Positions 17,866-30,706 of a stretch of 64,000 nt of DNA are shown one piece after another. The first letter of the stretch is position 1; each line of letters opens with the position of its first letter. The notes beneath the pieces are model-generated. The model did no database searches and was not told the origin of the DNA. It saw nothing but the letters and a program-made list of their open reading frames with translations. A program made the translations under genes and the position numbers. This stretch comes from Eledone cirrhosa (taxonomy: Eukaryota), in the NCBI GenBank assembly GCA_964016885.1, contig CAXHJY010000235.1, positions 1-64,000 of the forward strand. The letters run 5' to 3'.

Positions 17866-18139
17866 GCTTATATATGTTTGTCTAGTGTGTTAGCATATGA
17901 TTTTTAAAATTACACAATTTACTTGAATTATGTTTTCTACCTCACTGCCCTTTATAATGCTGACCAATTTAACTATGAAGATGATGTGGTAATATTGATG
18001 CTAGCAGCTGAATTGGTATGGTGCCAAACCATCAACCAAAAACTTTCCCAGAATCAGCAGCATTGCAGAGTTTCTCTAAATAGCAACACTTCACAATGGT
18101 TAGGTACATCTTACTGTAGAGAGATAAATGTGAAGGTTG

Positions 18140-18720
18140 TCACCTAGTTGTTAGTGTTGGACTCGTAAGCATACAGTCTTAGGTTGAATACTTCGACCTG
18201 GCATCGTGTTGTGATCTTGAGCAAACCATTTCATTTCATGTGGATTTTCATAAGATACCTGAGAAACTTCCCATGGGATGTAGACTTATAATAGGCCAGC
18301 CAAACCTGCATAGGTGTGCACTATAACATGATAGCATTGTGGGTCAATTACCATTAAAACACCTGAAAAACTCCCAATGAGATGCAACCTCATAGGAGAC
18401 CAGCTTTATCTGCATGTGTAAGCTATAAGAACATGATAGGACTGAGGCTCTTATCATTAAAACAGCCTAAAAACTTCCTGAGATGCAACCTTGTGAGAGG
18501 CTGGGTTAACCTGCATAGGTGTGCACTGTAACATGAAAAACTGGGGATCTTATGAAAACACCTAAGAGACCTATAAGTTTTATCTTCACAAGAGCCGACC
18601 AAACCTGCATGGGTGTGATCTCTAACATAAGACTGGGGTCCCTATCATTAAAATACCAGAAAAACCCATGATTGAACCTCATAGGAGGCCAACCAATCCC
18701 ACTAATATGTGAACTGTAAC
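18140..18720 (+). mobile_element. Degenerate tRNA/CORE-like SINE head followed by 5-6 tandem ~88-bp units
   Basis: cctagttgttagtgttggactc..cttgagcaaaccatttcatt, then repeated gactggggtccctatcattaaaacacc..gagatgcaacctcataggaggcc..aaacctgcataggtgtg. Related copies at 28275-28830, 41030-41390 (minus), 44488-45400 and 58825-58925. Confidence 0.65.
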
Positions 18721-18775
18721 CTTTTTTATTTATCTATACAGTGTATATAACTATCCACTGTAGTGTGTGCATATA

Positions 18776-18828
<53 letters not shown>

Positions 18829-21184
18829 TGTGTGTGTATACGTGTGTGTGTGTGTATATGTGTGTGTATACGTGTGTGTGTGTGTATATGTGTGTGTATA
18901 CGTGTGTGTGTGTGTATATGTGTGTGTGTATACATGTGTGTGTGTCTGTATATATGTGTGTGTATATGCATATATATATGTGTGCGTATGTGTGTGTATA
19001 TATATATAGAAAGAGAGAGAGATATAGATAGGAGTGTTATGTAAATTTATATTAGTCGGACAAGGTCATTCCAGAAACTACGAAGTTTAATTACTCTGTG
19101 TAATTAAATAGCTGGGAGAACTAACTAATCTATAGAAAATTAGTGCTTATTGCTTGTTAGTCTTATTATGTTAGGCAGTGAATTGGTAGATTTATATTAG
19201 ATTGTAGGCCTTGCAGCTTTCTGTGCTCAGTATGAGTGGCCAGATACAGCCAGTTTGAACAGAAAGAGGTGAGAGAATTCTGACGGGATACGGCCAGTTT
19301 AAATGCTAAAGGCTTAATCTGAACCACATATCTCTCAAATGGGCCAGGGTATTATTCCTGTATTTTACAGAGTTCACTGTACATTTTATCATGTCACCAG
19401 CACTAGGGAGGCTGTCATATCCTTGGCACAAGTGATGAGTTCTCTTCCCTTTGTTTCACAAGGTTTCTCTGACTTGATGCTCTTCCTTAACCAGCCATTT
19501 TACAGTCTACTTAGTGAAATTTATTGTCACTGACACTAGAGGTTGCCATACTCTTGACAGTAAAAAGTCCTCATGACCAGTTGTTTTGGCATGGTTTCTA
19601 CAGCTGGATGCCCTTCCAATCACCAACCACTTTACATGGTGTACTGGGTTCATTTTTCGTTTAAAGGCATTTTCCCTGCTAAAGCAAGTGATTGCCCCTG
19701 GGTGTCCTATAACAGGCTTCATACTCATCATGGGGTCCTTTCTGAGGCAATGTTTTATGGCTGAATGCCCTTCCTGGCAGCAACTCTTATAGACACATCA
19801 TGCGATTGCAGTAATATGGTATATCTATTCTTAACCAGGTGTGCACAGCTTTGTGTGTGTGTTCAATAGTAATTAGTCAATGAATGTATGTAGGAGTTAT
19901 AACCAAACTAGTGTGGTGTGACTCAGTTGTTAAACAGCTGTCTACACAGCCTATAACAGGTGCCTGATACCAAAGCATGACCTATAAGATTAACCATAGT
20001 CACATTTCCTCAGATCAATAGGGACTAAAAATATTTGGTTATGGTGTGCTGTGGTGTGGTATGATGTGTATTATATAAACCTAATGACGTAAATACAATT
20101 TTTGCATTTTAGATTTCACAGGAGATGCACACTAAATATCACAACAAATTTGGTATTAACTGTGTAGTTGCCTTTTGTTTATTCACACATATGTAAAGGA
20201 CAGGTAGTATTGGTCTGGTTTTAAGAGCCACTGCAAAACTAAAAATAATAATTTTATAAAAAGCAAACATTTTTGTACAATTTTTGGATAAATGCCAATT
20301 GCCATTTTCCAAAAACAGCTATTATTCTAAGACAAGAGGAAATCAACTTAACAAAAATCTCCCCTGCATTATATATATATATATATATGTATGTATGTGT
20401 ATGTATATATGTATGTGTAAGTATATGTATGTATATATATTGTTTTTAACTAGGAAACTAATATGTTCAGTTGACTGTATTGTGATAATTGTTGTCTGCA
20501 CTTAGCTTCAATAGGTTTGGCATTCTGTTAATATAAATTGTTGATCCATCCCATAGTGATAGTGATGGTTGTGATGGTTACATAATGTTGTGTGTATGAT
20601 GATACTGTATTGCATGGATTTTGTTTTAAATCCTTGAGTGCAGCTTAGAATGTACCCCCATTGAACTTAGCTGGTTGCTATAGTAATAAGAATCACTTTG
20701 TCCAGCAAGATGTTTTTTTCTGCATCACCATAAAACTTCTCTTGTTGAGTTGTATTTCTCCTTATCTTACACAACCAATATACAGTTACATAACTATGGT
20801 CGTATGCTATCACACATCAGTTTGGGGGAGAGAGGAAAGTCAATTAAATCATACCTAGTGCATTACTGGTACTTTATTTTTATCGACTCTGTAAGAGTGA
20901 AAAGCAAAACTAACCCCAGCGAGATTTGAACTCAGAACATAAAGGGATGTAACTCAACGTCACAAAGCATGTTGGACAACATGCTTCATGGCATAGTTAG
21001 ATCCCTTAATCATGGAAAGGTTATTTACTAAATTCCTCTAAATTTTTGTTTATTTTCAAAATTAATTGCAACACATTAAATGTATTTCATTAGAAATATG
21101 GAAACAAATGGCCTTGTGGGCCTCATAATTGACTTCATACACATTATGGAGTTGTTTTTTTGTTTTTTGAGGCAGTGTTTTTTG

Positions 21185-21420
21185 CATATATGGGACTGGC
21201 AATCCATTGTGGATCTCACTAGGGCTTTGTAGAGAGTTGGTAGTTGTTGAGATCTGCAGTATTTTCTGATCCTGAAGAGTAAAGTCAGTCTTTGTACTGC
21301 AGTTATTGGGTGTGCTTGAATATGCAAGTTCACCAAGAGTGATACTTCAATGATGAAGCAATCTAATATTTATAGCATCTTTGAAGAATCTAATTGTATG
21401 CTGTTCATGTTTAGGGACGG
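21185..21420 (-). mobile_element. Old LINE ORF2 C-terminal fragment (CR1/Jockey-like)
   Basis: LFRIRKYCRSQQLPTLYKALVRSTMDCQSHI resembles the LY(K)xxVRPxLEYxxxIW motif. Confidence 0.55.
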
Positions 21421-22439
21421 TGTGTGATGTTTTGTTCATATGTGTAGTGTCTTTGGACACAAGAATGACATAGTAAAATTAAACTGCCCTTAACTCGCAA
21501 TGGAGTCGTGGGAGCTCTGTCATGATGCACGATGTGGTTCAGACATTTTAAATCTAGTGGAGCCTATCCTCCTTCAGATTATAACACAGCTGATTTCTTC
21601 CAAAGTGAGACAGAATCAATCCCAGTCCATGGCTGGTACTTTATTTATTGATCTCAAAAGGATTTGACTTCAACAGGATTTGAACTCATTGCACAGTGAG
21701 CCAGAACAAATACCGAGGTGCCATCACAACTCTGCGAATTTGCCACCCAAAGAATGACATGGATAGAATACAACAGTATGTAATAGGATACTCATCAGAC
21801 TTTTCAGTTGCTCATTATATATTGTATCACTGTACAAATCAAACGGCTGCAGTCACACTTTTTTATATTATCTTGCTAAAAATGGTTTTTATTAAATTTT
21901 CTATACAATCTCATTAAGGAAGTCCATTGAAAAGTCTAAAGAGTTGTACAAGAGGATTTGTTATCTAAATGACAACTTCAGTCCTTAATTTAGATTTCAA
22001 CATAATAGATAAATTTAGCACAGGCTGGTATCAAAAGGATTAAATTTTTTAAATTTAACTACTACAGTAAAGATTATCACAAGCCAAAGAGGGAGAGACT
22101 CTATCTGGTTGGTAAAAGCAGCATTCAATTCACTATTAAATCACATCCTACTATCTTTTAAAAACAGATGGAGGAAGGGGGGCACATCAGATAATATAAT
22201 TCCATGTACCCTCTGATTCTCTAACTCTTAGTGGTGCTCATCAGTCTCCAAGTCTGAGACCAGCCAATTTCTTCCAGAGAAAGTGAGAGAGAGAAACAAA
22301 GCAACAGAAAATTTACCCTAAAAGGATGAAAGGCAAAGTTAATCTTGGTAAGAGTTGAACTTGGAGTGCAGAGAGCTGGAATGATGTGTAACACTTAATC
22401 AACTAAACCCCCTTCCATACCCCCCCCCCCACACACACA

Positions 22440-22740
22440 CACAGCTACACCACCCTCCCACTTCTGCCCACACTACCCTTACACTCTAAAGTTATGTTGG
22501 TATCACAAAAACATCAGCCCACACTGTAAAGTGGTCTTGTAGGTGTCACAACCAAAAGCACCCAGCACACACTGTAAATGTGATTGACATTAGAAAGAGC
22601 ATCCAGCCGTAGAAATCTAGCCAGAAACAGTCCTATATGAGCAAGACAGTCACATGACCCAACTTGCCTCTAATGTGATAAACCCATCTAACCCATGCTA
22701 GTGTGGAAAATAGATGTTAAACGATGATGATGGTGATGAG
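22440..22740 (+). mobile_element. Older RTE 3' UTR fragment
   Basis: cacactgtaaagtggtc..gcatccagccgtagaaatc..aacccatgctagtgtggaaaa..gatgatgat, similar to the RTE tails in this window. Confidence 0.7.
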
Positions 22741-23770
22741 TCCATCTGAATCTCCTCCGTGTTCACTTTCTCTCTCTCTCTCTCCACACAAACAATTCAG
22801 AATATATATATTGATATTTATTTTCTAAGCTAGCTTCGACAAGGTTTTATGTCTATGACATGTACGATTTAATAACATTTACAGCCTGGACTATATGAAC
22901 AATTAAGTCATCAATTGATTGTTTACTACTTAGTAATGTTTGCTACAATCTTACTTCAGTCAATCCAACTAAAGTCATTATTGGTGTCAAGCCATATTCT
23001 CTTGTTTATCCTTTCAATATTACATTTGACATTCATTTTTATCAATTTTTTCTCAGCTGTCATAAATAACTTAAAAAGGAATCTCAGAGAAACCAACTGC
23101 TTTAGTGTTCAACTAATAATTTAAGTACACAGCTTAACTATGTTCATTTTTCATTTGGTTTCAAGATGCATATCAATGGAAAAAAAAAAAAAATCAATGA
23201 TCAAAGAGTTATCTTTCCTGACTATTTGAATGAATGCTCATGAGTTAGTTGTCCATATTATTGGTTCTTGATAGGGCAATTGATTGGCAGAATCATTAGA
23301 GCATCAGACAAAAATGTCTTTGCAGTATTTGTGCTGGCTCTTTACATTCTGAATTCATAGGACAACTTTGCCTTTTATCCATCCAAGGTTAAAATAAAGT
23401 TATAGTTAAACACTGGGGTTGATATAATCAACTTTTCCTTGTGCCTAAATTGGAAATTCTTGATGGAAATGTTAGAGCATTCAGCTGTAGAAACCATGTA
23501 AGCAAGTGATCCCTGTCTTGTTTAGGTGGACAGTAGCACTAATAAAGTACTGATTTGGTCTGTCACAATGCATCTAACACTTGCTAGTATATGAAACGAA
23601 CATAAAATGATGTCTGGTTGTGACAATAAAGATGAGCAGGGTAGATTAATTTCTTGATCTTGGCAGTCTTGGTTTCTTGGAATAGTTGTAGGTGAGGCTA
23701 GTTAAATGGAGCTATCCATTACTCAGCTATTTTCAAGTGGATGTATTTTATTGAAACCAAAGTAAATGTG

Positions 23771-24008
23771 TTAACCCTTTTGATATCAACCCACCCAAAA
23801 TTGCCTCAGTTTGTATAGTGCAAAACCATCTATTTCAAAGAGTTCCTACTTAAATTAAAACCTAACATTGATATAAGACCCTTTGTGTTATTTTAGAAAG
23901 ACTTAATATTGAAATAATTAAAATTTTAGTAAATCCTTCTTGATTCTTGATTAATAATTAATTCAAATACAGTGTATTTGATTTAAAATGCCATAACAAA
24001 TGGGTTAA
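23771..24008. mobile_element. TTAA-flanked MITE, family 2 (piggyBac-like)
   Basis: ttaacccttttgatatc...ataacaaatgggttaa. Related decayed pieces occur near 21850-22045, 27400-27560, 46660-46952 and 59240-59450. Confidence 0.55.
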
Positions 24009-25110
24009 AAGTTTGCTGTTATCTAGTTCCATGTTAACTCTAGTTCATGAAACCTATGGTCAAAAGCATTCCAGTTATAACCATCCCATCTATTTGTATA
24101 TATCTATGATGCTGTTGTTTAACATCTACTTTCCTTTCTTATATGCCAGTAGTCTGAGTTGACCAAGACATGGTTATTACTTCTAGAAGGTCAAGCAATC
24201 ACATAGTGCTTGTGTTTCTTCGATGGTGTCTGAATGTTTGTGACTGTTTAGCTATGTAATTACAGGAGTCAAGTGGGTTTCAAGAAAGCATAACCTTTGT
24301 CCCCTTGCATATACAAGTGGTCTTTTGATAGTTTTGTTTAATATTGTTTCTTTATTTAGATAGTTACCATTGTTTAACCCCAGGTCAACCCTGTTTGAGT
24401 AAACCTATGATGAATAGTATTCCAGTCATGGACACTGTCTTTTTCTATATACACGGAACCTAGGACTACATTATCTCACGTGTCCTTTTCTTCTTTTTTT
24501 TTCAAAATGGTAGAATGTGAGATGAGAATTAGGCTGCTATTTCTAGCAGGTCGAGCAACTATCTAGAAGCTCCCTTGTTGTATTATATGGTGTATGAGTG
24601 TGGTGTGTGTGCGTGAGTGTACTTTCTATTGATGTTTTTAAAATTTAAGTGTGATGCTTGTATAAAATTTTGTAGGTCATCAGTAAATGACCAACTAGTT
24701 TTAACATGGTTCAACTGACCAAACTAAACCTACACAACAAAAAAAAGCATGACAACACCACCACCACCAACAACAACAAAAAGCATGACAAAACCAATGC
24801 CACCAACAACAAAAAGCCTGACAACACCACCACCAACAACAAAAAGCCTGACAAAACCACTGCCACCAACAACTGCAACAAAATGCATGACACCATGCTT
24901 GCTGTAGGTTTTAAAAGAAAAAGAATAAAAATATTGACCTATACACTGAGTTTACCTTGATGTCCACACCGCCACAACAGCTGTATCCACTTGGCTACTT
25001 TGATACACTCAACCTTCATCATCATTATCACCAAACTACTGTAGTGGACAACCACAATCCTCCTCTTCACCTATTACAGCTTTCGGGGTGTAGGAATAGG
25101 GCCCCTATCA

Positions 25111-25357
25111 TTAACCCTTTAGCATTTACATTACTCTATATTTACTATTGTATTTTTGCGATAAAGGCTTTATCTTGCATAATTATCTCCCATAATATCG
25201 AATCTATAAAATTTTGATATTTATTTTATTTTGATATTTATTTTATTTTGAGAACAATACTTTAATATTGGATGAGCAGTCGGTTACGGCCAGTTAGGGC
25301 AGAAACAGGTGAGAGAATTTTGGCTGGATACTGCCTGTTTAAATGCTCAAGGGTTAA
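25111..25357. mobile_element. piggyBac-type MITE family 1 (TIR CCCTTTAGCATTTA, TTAA TSD)
   Basis: TTAA-ccctttagcattta...taaatgctcaaggg-TTAA. It interrupts a ~88-bp repeat unit exactly at its TTAA. Confidence 0.85.
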
Positions 25358-25924
25358 ATCGCCCAAGAAAACTCCTATGAGATGCAACCTTGAAGGAGGC
25401 TGAATAAACTTTCTGGCTCACTGTGCTCTGAGTTCAAATCCTACTGAAGTCAACTTTCTTTCATCCATTCCAGATTCATAAAGTACACCACTTAAGTACT
25501 GGAGTTGATTCTTACCCCCCCCCCCCCCCCCCCCCCCTCCCCCATCTTCTTTCTCTCTTTCTCTCTTTCTCTCTCTCTCTCTTTCTCTCTCCCTCTCCCT
25601 CCTCCTCTCTCTCCTCCTCTCTCTCTGAAATTGGCTGTCAGATCTGGAGAATGATGGGTCTGCCAAGTTTCATTACCCAAGACATGCCATATATCACGAT
25701 GGTGCTCCTACAACTCTGTAACCATCTGAATTTGCTTGTTTCATTTAATATTTATTCAAATTCACTTTCAAATTTCTCTTACATTTCATTCAGCTGTAAT
25801 ATTTTGCTAATATTTTTGTTTCATTTAGCATCATCAGTAGGAATTTATTAGGATTCATTAAATTCATGTTACAATTATTAAAATATTTTATTAAAACTAA
25901 TTTTCTTCATTTTTCTCTTTCCAG

Positions 25925-25998
25925 AACCACACAAATAGCAATCAGTGCATTTTTGGATACCTTTCAGAAGGTTGCTGACATGGCCACTGGCTCTCGAG
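25925..25998 (+). CDS. MTSS1: Internal coding exon of MTSS1/MIM-like I-BAR (IMD) domain protein
   Basis: Polypyrimidine tract plus ccAG acceptor at 25924 and GTaatt donor at 25999. The 74 bp translate (1-nt lead) as TTQIAISAFLDTFQKVADMATGSRG, matching vertebrate MTSS1 TTVVAAAAFLDAFQKVADMATNTRG as recalled. MTSS1 versus MTSS2 orthology is not resolvable in an invertebrate. Confidence 0.92.
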
Positions 25999-26164
25999 GT
26001 AATTGATTTTATATATTCAGTTTTTGTTTCTAACTACAGAAAAATACAGAAAATACATGTTTATATTTCTTCAAAAGGGTTAACACAAACATACTTCTCC
26101 TCCACCCAATTTTTTTTCCCCATTTCTTTGTTTTCTCACTCTCTAATCTATCTCCATTTATTCC

Positions 26165-26640
26165 CCTTTCTTTTGATGGACTAGTGTCCGAAACGTTAAG
26201 TCTCTTTTCCTATTATTTCAAGCATTAAACTAATGTATTTTTTCGCTTTGTTGTTTTCTGTTTACTTTTAGCATGCATACAATATTACCCGGATTTCTGA
26301 ATTTTTTTTTTTATCTGTTCACCACACTAATAATCTTCTGCGACCTTCTCCCTCCTGTTCCTTTTACTATTGTACTCTCTGGATGAAAGACTAATGTCCG
26401 ATACGCCATACTTTTTTCTCTTTCATCCAAAGTGTGAAACTAGTAAGGCTAATTGTTTTTTGTATCTCTGTGTTTAGATTTTTTATTATACACACATAAA
26501 CCATTCTATTTCTTCTTTAATTTCTCATTCTATTTTCTGATGGACTAGTATCCGAAACGTTAAGATTCTTTTCCTACTATATCAAGCATAAAACTAATAA
26601 TATATTTCTTCATTGTACTGTGTAGTTTATTTTGTTATTT
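26165..26640 (+). repeat. Three tandem degenerate hammerhead-like units (PLE pLTR/retrozyme-like)
   Basis: ttgatggactagtgtccgaaacgtt (~26173), ctggatgaaagactaatgtccgatacg (~26379) and ctgatggactagtatccgaaacgtt (~26537). Each is followed by a similar aagcattaaactaat/aagtgtgaaactagt segment. Confidence 0.55.
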
Positions 26641-26709
26641 CTATTTGCCTTTTGCATATATATATATATATATCATCGTTTAACGTCCATCTTCGATGAT
26701 GATATATAT

Positions 26710-27087
26710 ATATCATCATCATCGTTTAACGTCCATCTTCCACGCTTGCATGGGTTTGGACGGGAGTTTTCCCACTTGAGGCAAGATTGGTTGTCCTGCT
26801 CGTATAGGACTGTCTGGCGAGTTTTCTACGGCTGGATGGCCTTCCCAACGCCAACCACATTTACAGTGTGTACTGGGAGGTTTTTACCGTGTTACCTACA
26901 CAGCCACATTACAGCGTGGACTGTGTTTTTTGTCGTGACACCTACACGACCTCATTTGTTTCGGACTGGATGTTGTGGTACCAACATAACTTCACATTTA
27001 AGGGGGTGGTGTGGATGGGGTGGGGGTAGTGGGACGGGGGTGTATTTTGTTAGAGGTGCCTACTGACTGTAGGTTTCGCTTTGTACT
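26710..27087 (-). mobile_element. RTE LINE 3' UTR-only insertion in (TA)n
   Basis: Near-identical to 3003-3368, with an (ATC)n tail. Confidence 0.9.
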
Positions 27088-27178
27088 TATATATATATAT
27101 ATATATTATATATACTTATAAATATATATATATATATATATACTTGTAAAGTTTTTTCTCATGGCAAAAAGAAATAAT

Positions 27179-27340
27179 TGTCTCTACTTTAGGCACAAGG
27201 CCAGCAATTACCCAGTGCATTACTGGTACTTTATTTTATCAACCCTGTAAGGATGAAAGCAAAGTCAACCTCGGCGGGATTTGAACTCAGATCGTAAAGG
27301 GACGTAACTATGCTGGAAAGCATGGCGTCCGACCCTCTAC
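27179..27340 (-). mobile_element. tRNA-derived SINE family B, 5'-truncated, 17-bp TSD
   Basis: Reverse complement of the 63729-63910 family. TSD tggcaaaaagaaataat at 27162-27178 and 27341-27357. Confidence 0.88.
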
Positions 27341-28274
27341 TGGCAAAAAGAAATAATGAAAAGAAATAATAAGAGAATAAAAAGAAAAAATAGCAATCTG
27401 GGGACACCAGTAGTTTCAGAGGCTAAATATATAATTGTGTGTCTGTTTACATAAATATTGGTGCAACCTCCTTTAAGTACTGTACTGTTTCTGGATAGAT
27501 ACATTATCTATCCAGGAACAGTAGAGTGCTTTCAGGTGGTTTGGTATCAAAATGGTTAAAGTAACTTTAGAAACCTTTCTTTCGACATATTTGCTGCTTG
27601 TTATGGTAACAAGCATTTAACCTGGTTTTTCTAGCTAATCTTTTCCTTGTTATTTTAATTTATCAAAATCACCACCAACATCATCATTGTCGCCATCATT
27701 ATCACCACCACCACTGCCACCATTACAACTATCACCATCATCACTGCCATTATTACCACCACTATTACCATCACCACCACTGCCACCATTACAACTATTA
27801 CCACCACCACCACCACCACCATTATGACATCACTGCCATTATTACCACCACTATTACCATCATCACCACTGTCACCATCATCACTGCCATTTTTACCATC
27901 ACCACCAACATCATGGGATTTAGTTTAAATTCAGTTGAGATTGAGTGAGTCAGAGCAATTTGTCTTGAAAGAGACAAAAGGAGCTGAGACAATTCTGGAG
28001 GTTCTTGACCATTTGCCAAACTTTTTACTTTTTGGTTTTTGTTAAAAAAGACTTTAAAAGTTGGTGTTTATTCTTGGACCACAATAAATTAGCAGACACT
28101 TGTTTGTCATCATTTAATGATTAAAATGTCTAGGATTATTCCAAGGATAAATTAATTAAAAGCTCATTGGGTGTGCTGTCTTTTCAACTTTGGTCATTTG
28201 GTGTTTTTTTTTTTTTTTTCTTTTTTTGCAGTGTGAGAATTTCATAGAATATTATTGTATCATTAAATGTATGA

Positions 28275-28830
28275 ATGCATGTGGCCTAGTGGTTAGGATG
28301 TTGGACTCACAATCATAAGGTTCATGGTTTAATTTCCTGATTTGGTGGCTTATGTTCATGAGTAAGACACTTCATTTTATGTTGCTTTTTGTGATAGGAC
28401 TAGAACCTCTATCATTAAATCACCTGAAAAACATGAGATGCAGCCTCATACAATGCCAGCTAAATGTATGAAGTCGTGTGTCCTAGTGGTTAGGGTGTTG
28501 GACTCACAATCATAATGTTGGCAATTTGGTTTCCTGATCTGGTGGTGTGTTGTGTTCATGAGCACAACGCTTCATTTTACGTTGCTTTCTATAATAGGAC
28601 TGGAGCCCCTATCATTAAATCACCAAGGCCAGCTAAATCTGTGAAGTCTCTTGTCGAGTAGTTATGGTATTGTGTATTTGGTTCCTGGATAAGACCATGT
28701 GTTGTGTTCTTGAGCAAGATACCTCATTTTAGCTTTTCATGGTATGATTGGAGCCCCTATCATTAAATTACCTGAGAAACTTCTTATGAGATACAATCTT
28801 GTAGGAGAGCAGTTAAACCTTCATTAAATA
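28275..28830 (+). mobile_element. Three tandem CORE-like SINE heads, each with a ~88-bp unit
   Basis: Repeated gtggcctagtggttagg..ggactcacaatcat..gagcaagacacttcattt..cccctatcattaaat. Confidence 0.65.
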
Positions 28831-30149
28831 GGAAGTTGGAAGTGAGGATAAAGGTAGTGTCTTTGTTGTTTTTCTACCTTTGTGTAACAAAAGTTTGTGA
28901 CACTACAGTGGGAACAGTACCAACATAGCTTTTTTAGTCACTTTGAAGACCAGATGACCTTACCTATGCACCCAGAAAATATATATGAATTAAATTTGAT
29001 ATAGGATTGTTAGCCTGTGTTTGTGAATGTATTTCACTCTCACATCAGGCAAAGTTGAGAACTCAGAAATCATAGATATATCCATTGGTTTCTCAGGGAA
29101 GAGGCATCAAAATTGATATAATTTTAACAATCCACAAATCAACATATGTATGATGATAGTTCTTCTATTTCACACTCCATTTCACTAGTTTATTGATTTC
29201 TACAACCTTGCATTTAGCTGCAATCTGTTCTTGCTTTGTTATTTCTAACATTTTTAGCCTCTATTTTTTTTATTTTTATTTTTTTTATTTGAAACATTTA
29301 AGTTGTTAATCGATGGTGTCTTGTTTTTCAACAACTAAATCAGTTATCGGTATTATCAATGATTGATCTGTTTGTGTGCATGAGTAGCTTTAGCAGTGTG
29401 TGTGTGTGTGTGTGTATGCAGGATACCCATAGATAAAAGGCCAAGGAAAACAATGCTCAATCTTATTTAGTATAAATAAAATTTCATACACTTAACATTA
29501 CGCATGACCATAGGATTCAGGGTCCAGTTATGGCCACCACTATATATTTATACTACATATGTATATATAGGTATGGCAATGTGGTTATGGAATTTGTTTT
29601 GCAACCACATGGTTTCTAGGTCCACTCCCATTGCATGGCACCTTGGGCAAATGTCTTCCAGTATAACATCAGTTAATTTGGTTGACAGAAACTATGTGGA
29701 ATCTCATTACATGTGTGTATGTCTGTTTTATGTTGCGTATCTCAGCTGTTCAACAAAAAGTAATAAAATAAGTAAACAGACTTTAAAAAAAAAGTTCTAG
29801 GATCAATATAGTCAACTAAAAACCTTAAAGATATATATTTTCTTTATATATATATATTTTTAATAATAATAAATAAATAAATAAATACAAAGATCTGGAA
29901 CAAATACCTTAACAACCCCTCTAATAATTCTGCCAGTCCACCTTCTTTGGCTGCTACTTTAACCCTGGAAGGATGAAACTCAGAGCTTAAACAAATATTG
30001 CAAAGTATTGTCGTACACCCTAACAACTCAACCAATTTATCAGAAAGATGAAAATCAAAGTTAATCTCAGCACAATTTTAGCTGGAACACACATGGAGCC
30101 AGAATAAATACTGCAAGGCATTACTTTTGACATTCTAATATTTTGGTTA

Positions 30150-30503
30150 GATATATGATGGGGGTTCTGGATGAGTAATATCATGTCAGATCTTGAGTTG
30201 ATACATGGTGGGGGTGTGGATAGGTAATGTGATGTCAGATCTTGAGTTGATATATGATGGGCATAGGGATAGGTAATATCATGTTGGATGATCTTGAATT
30301 AATATAGGGGGGGGGGGGGGTAGATGAGTAATATCATGTCAGATATTGAGTTGATACATGGTGGGGGTGTGGATAGGTAATGTGATGTCAGATCTTGAGT
30401 TGATATATGATGGGCATAGGGATAGGTAATATCATGTTGGATGATCTTGAATTAATATAGGAGGGGGGGGGGGTAGATGAGTAATATCATGTCAGATATT
30501 GAG
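30150..30503. repeat. Minisatellite of ~59-bp units arranged as a duplicated trimer
   Basis: Six copies of ggat(g/a)(a/g)gtaat..atgtcagatcttgagttgata. Confidence 0.85.
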
Positions 30504-30706
30504 TTAACCCTTTAGCATTTAAACCAGTGGTATTGGGCCAGAATACTCTCCCCTCTTTCTGTTCACACTGGCTATAACCTGCTGCTCATACCAATGTTAA
30601 GTATTCTCAAAATAAATAAAATCTCGTAGCTTCGATATTATGTGAGATAAAAGCCATTACCGTGAAAATACAATAGTAAATATAGATGTAAATGCTAAAG
30701 GGTTAT
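30504..30706. mobile_element. piggyBac-type MITE family 1
   Basis: ttaaccctttagcattta...taaatgctaaagggtta. Confidence 0.85.

Noticed and set aside
20113-20152. Possible small exon (ttttag...GTatta; ISQEMHTKYHNKF)
   Set aside because: No resemblance to MTSS1 exon 2, a weak donor, and the ATG frame is phase-incompatible with the 25925 exon.
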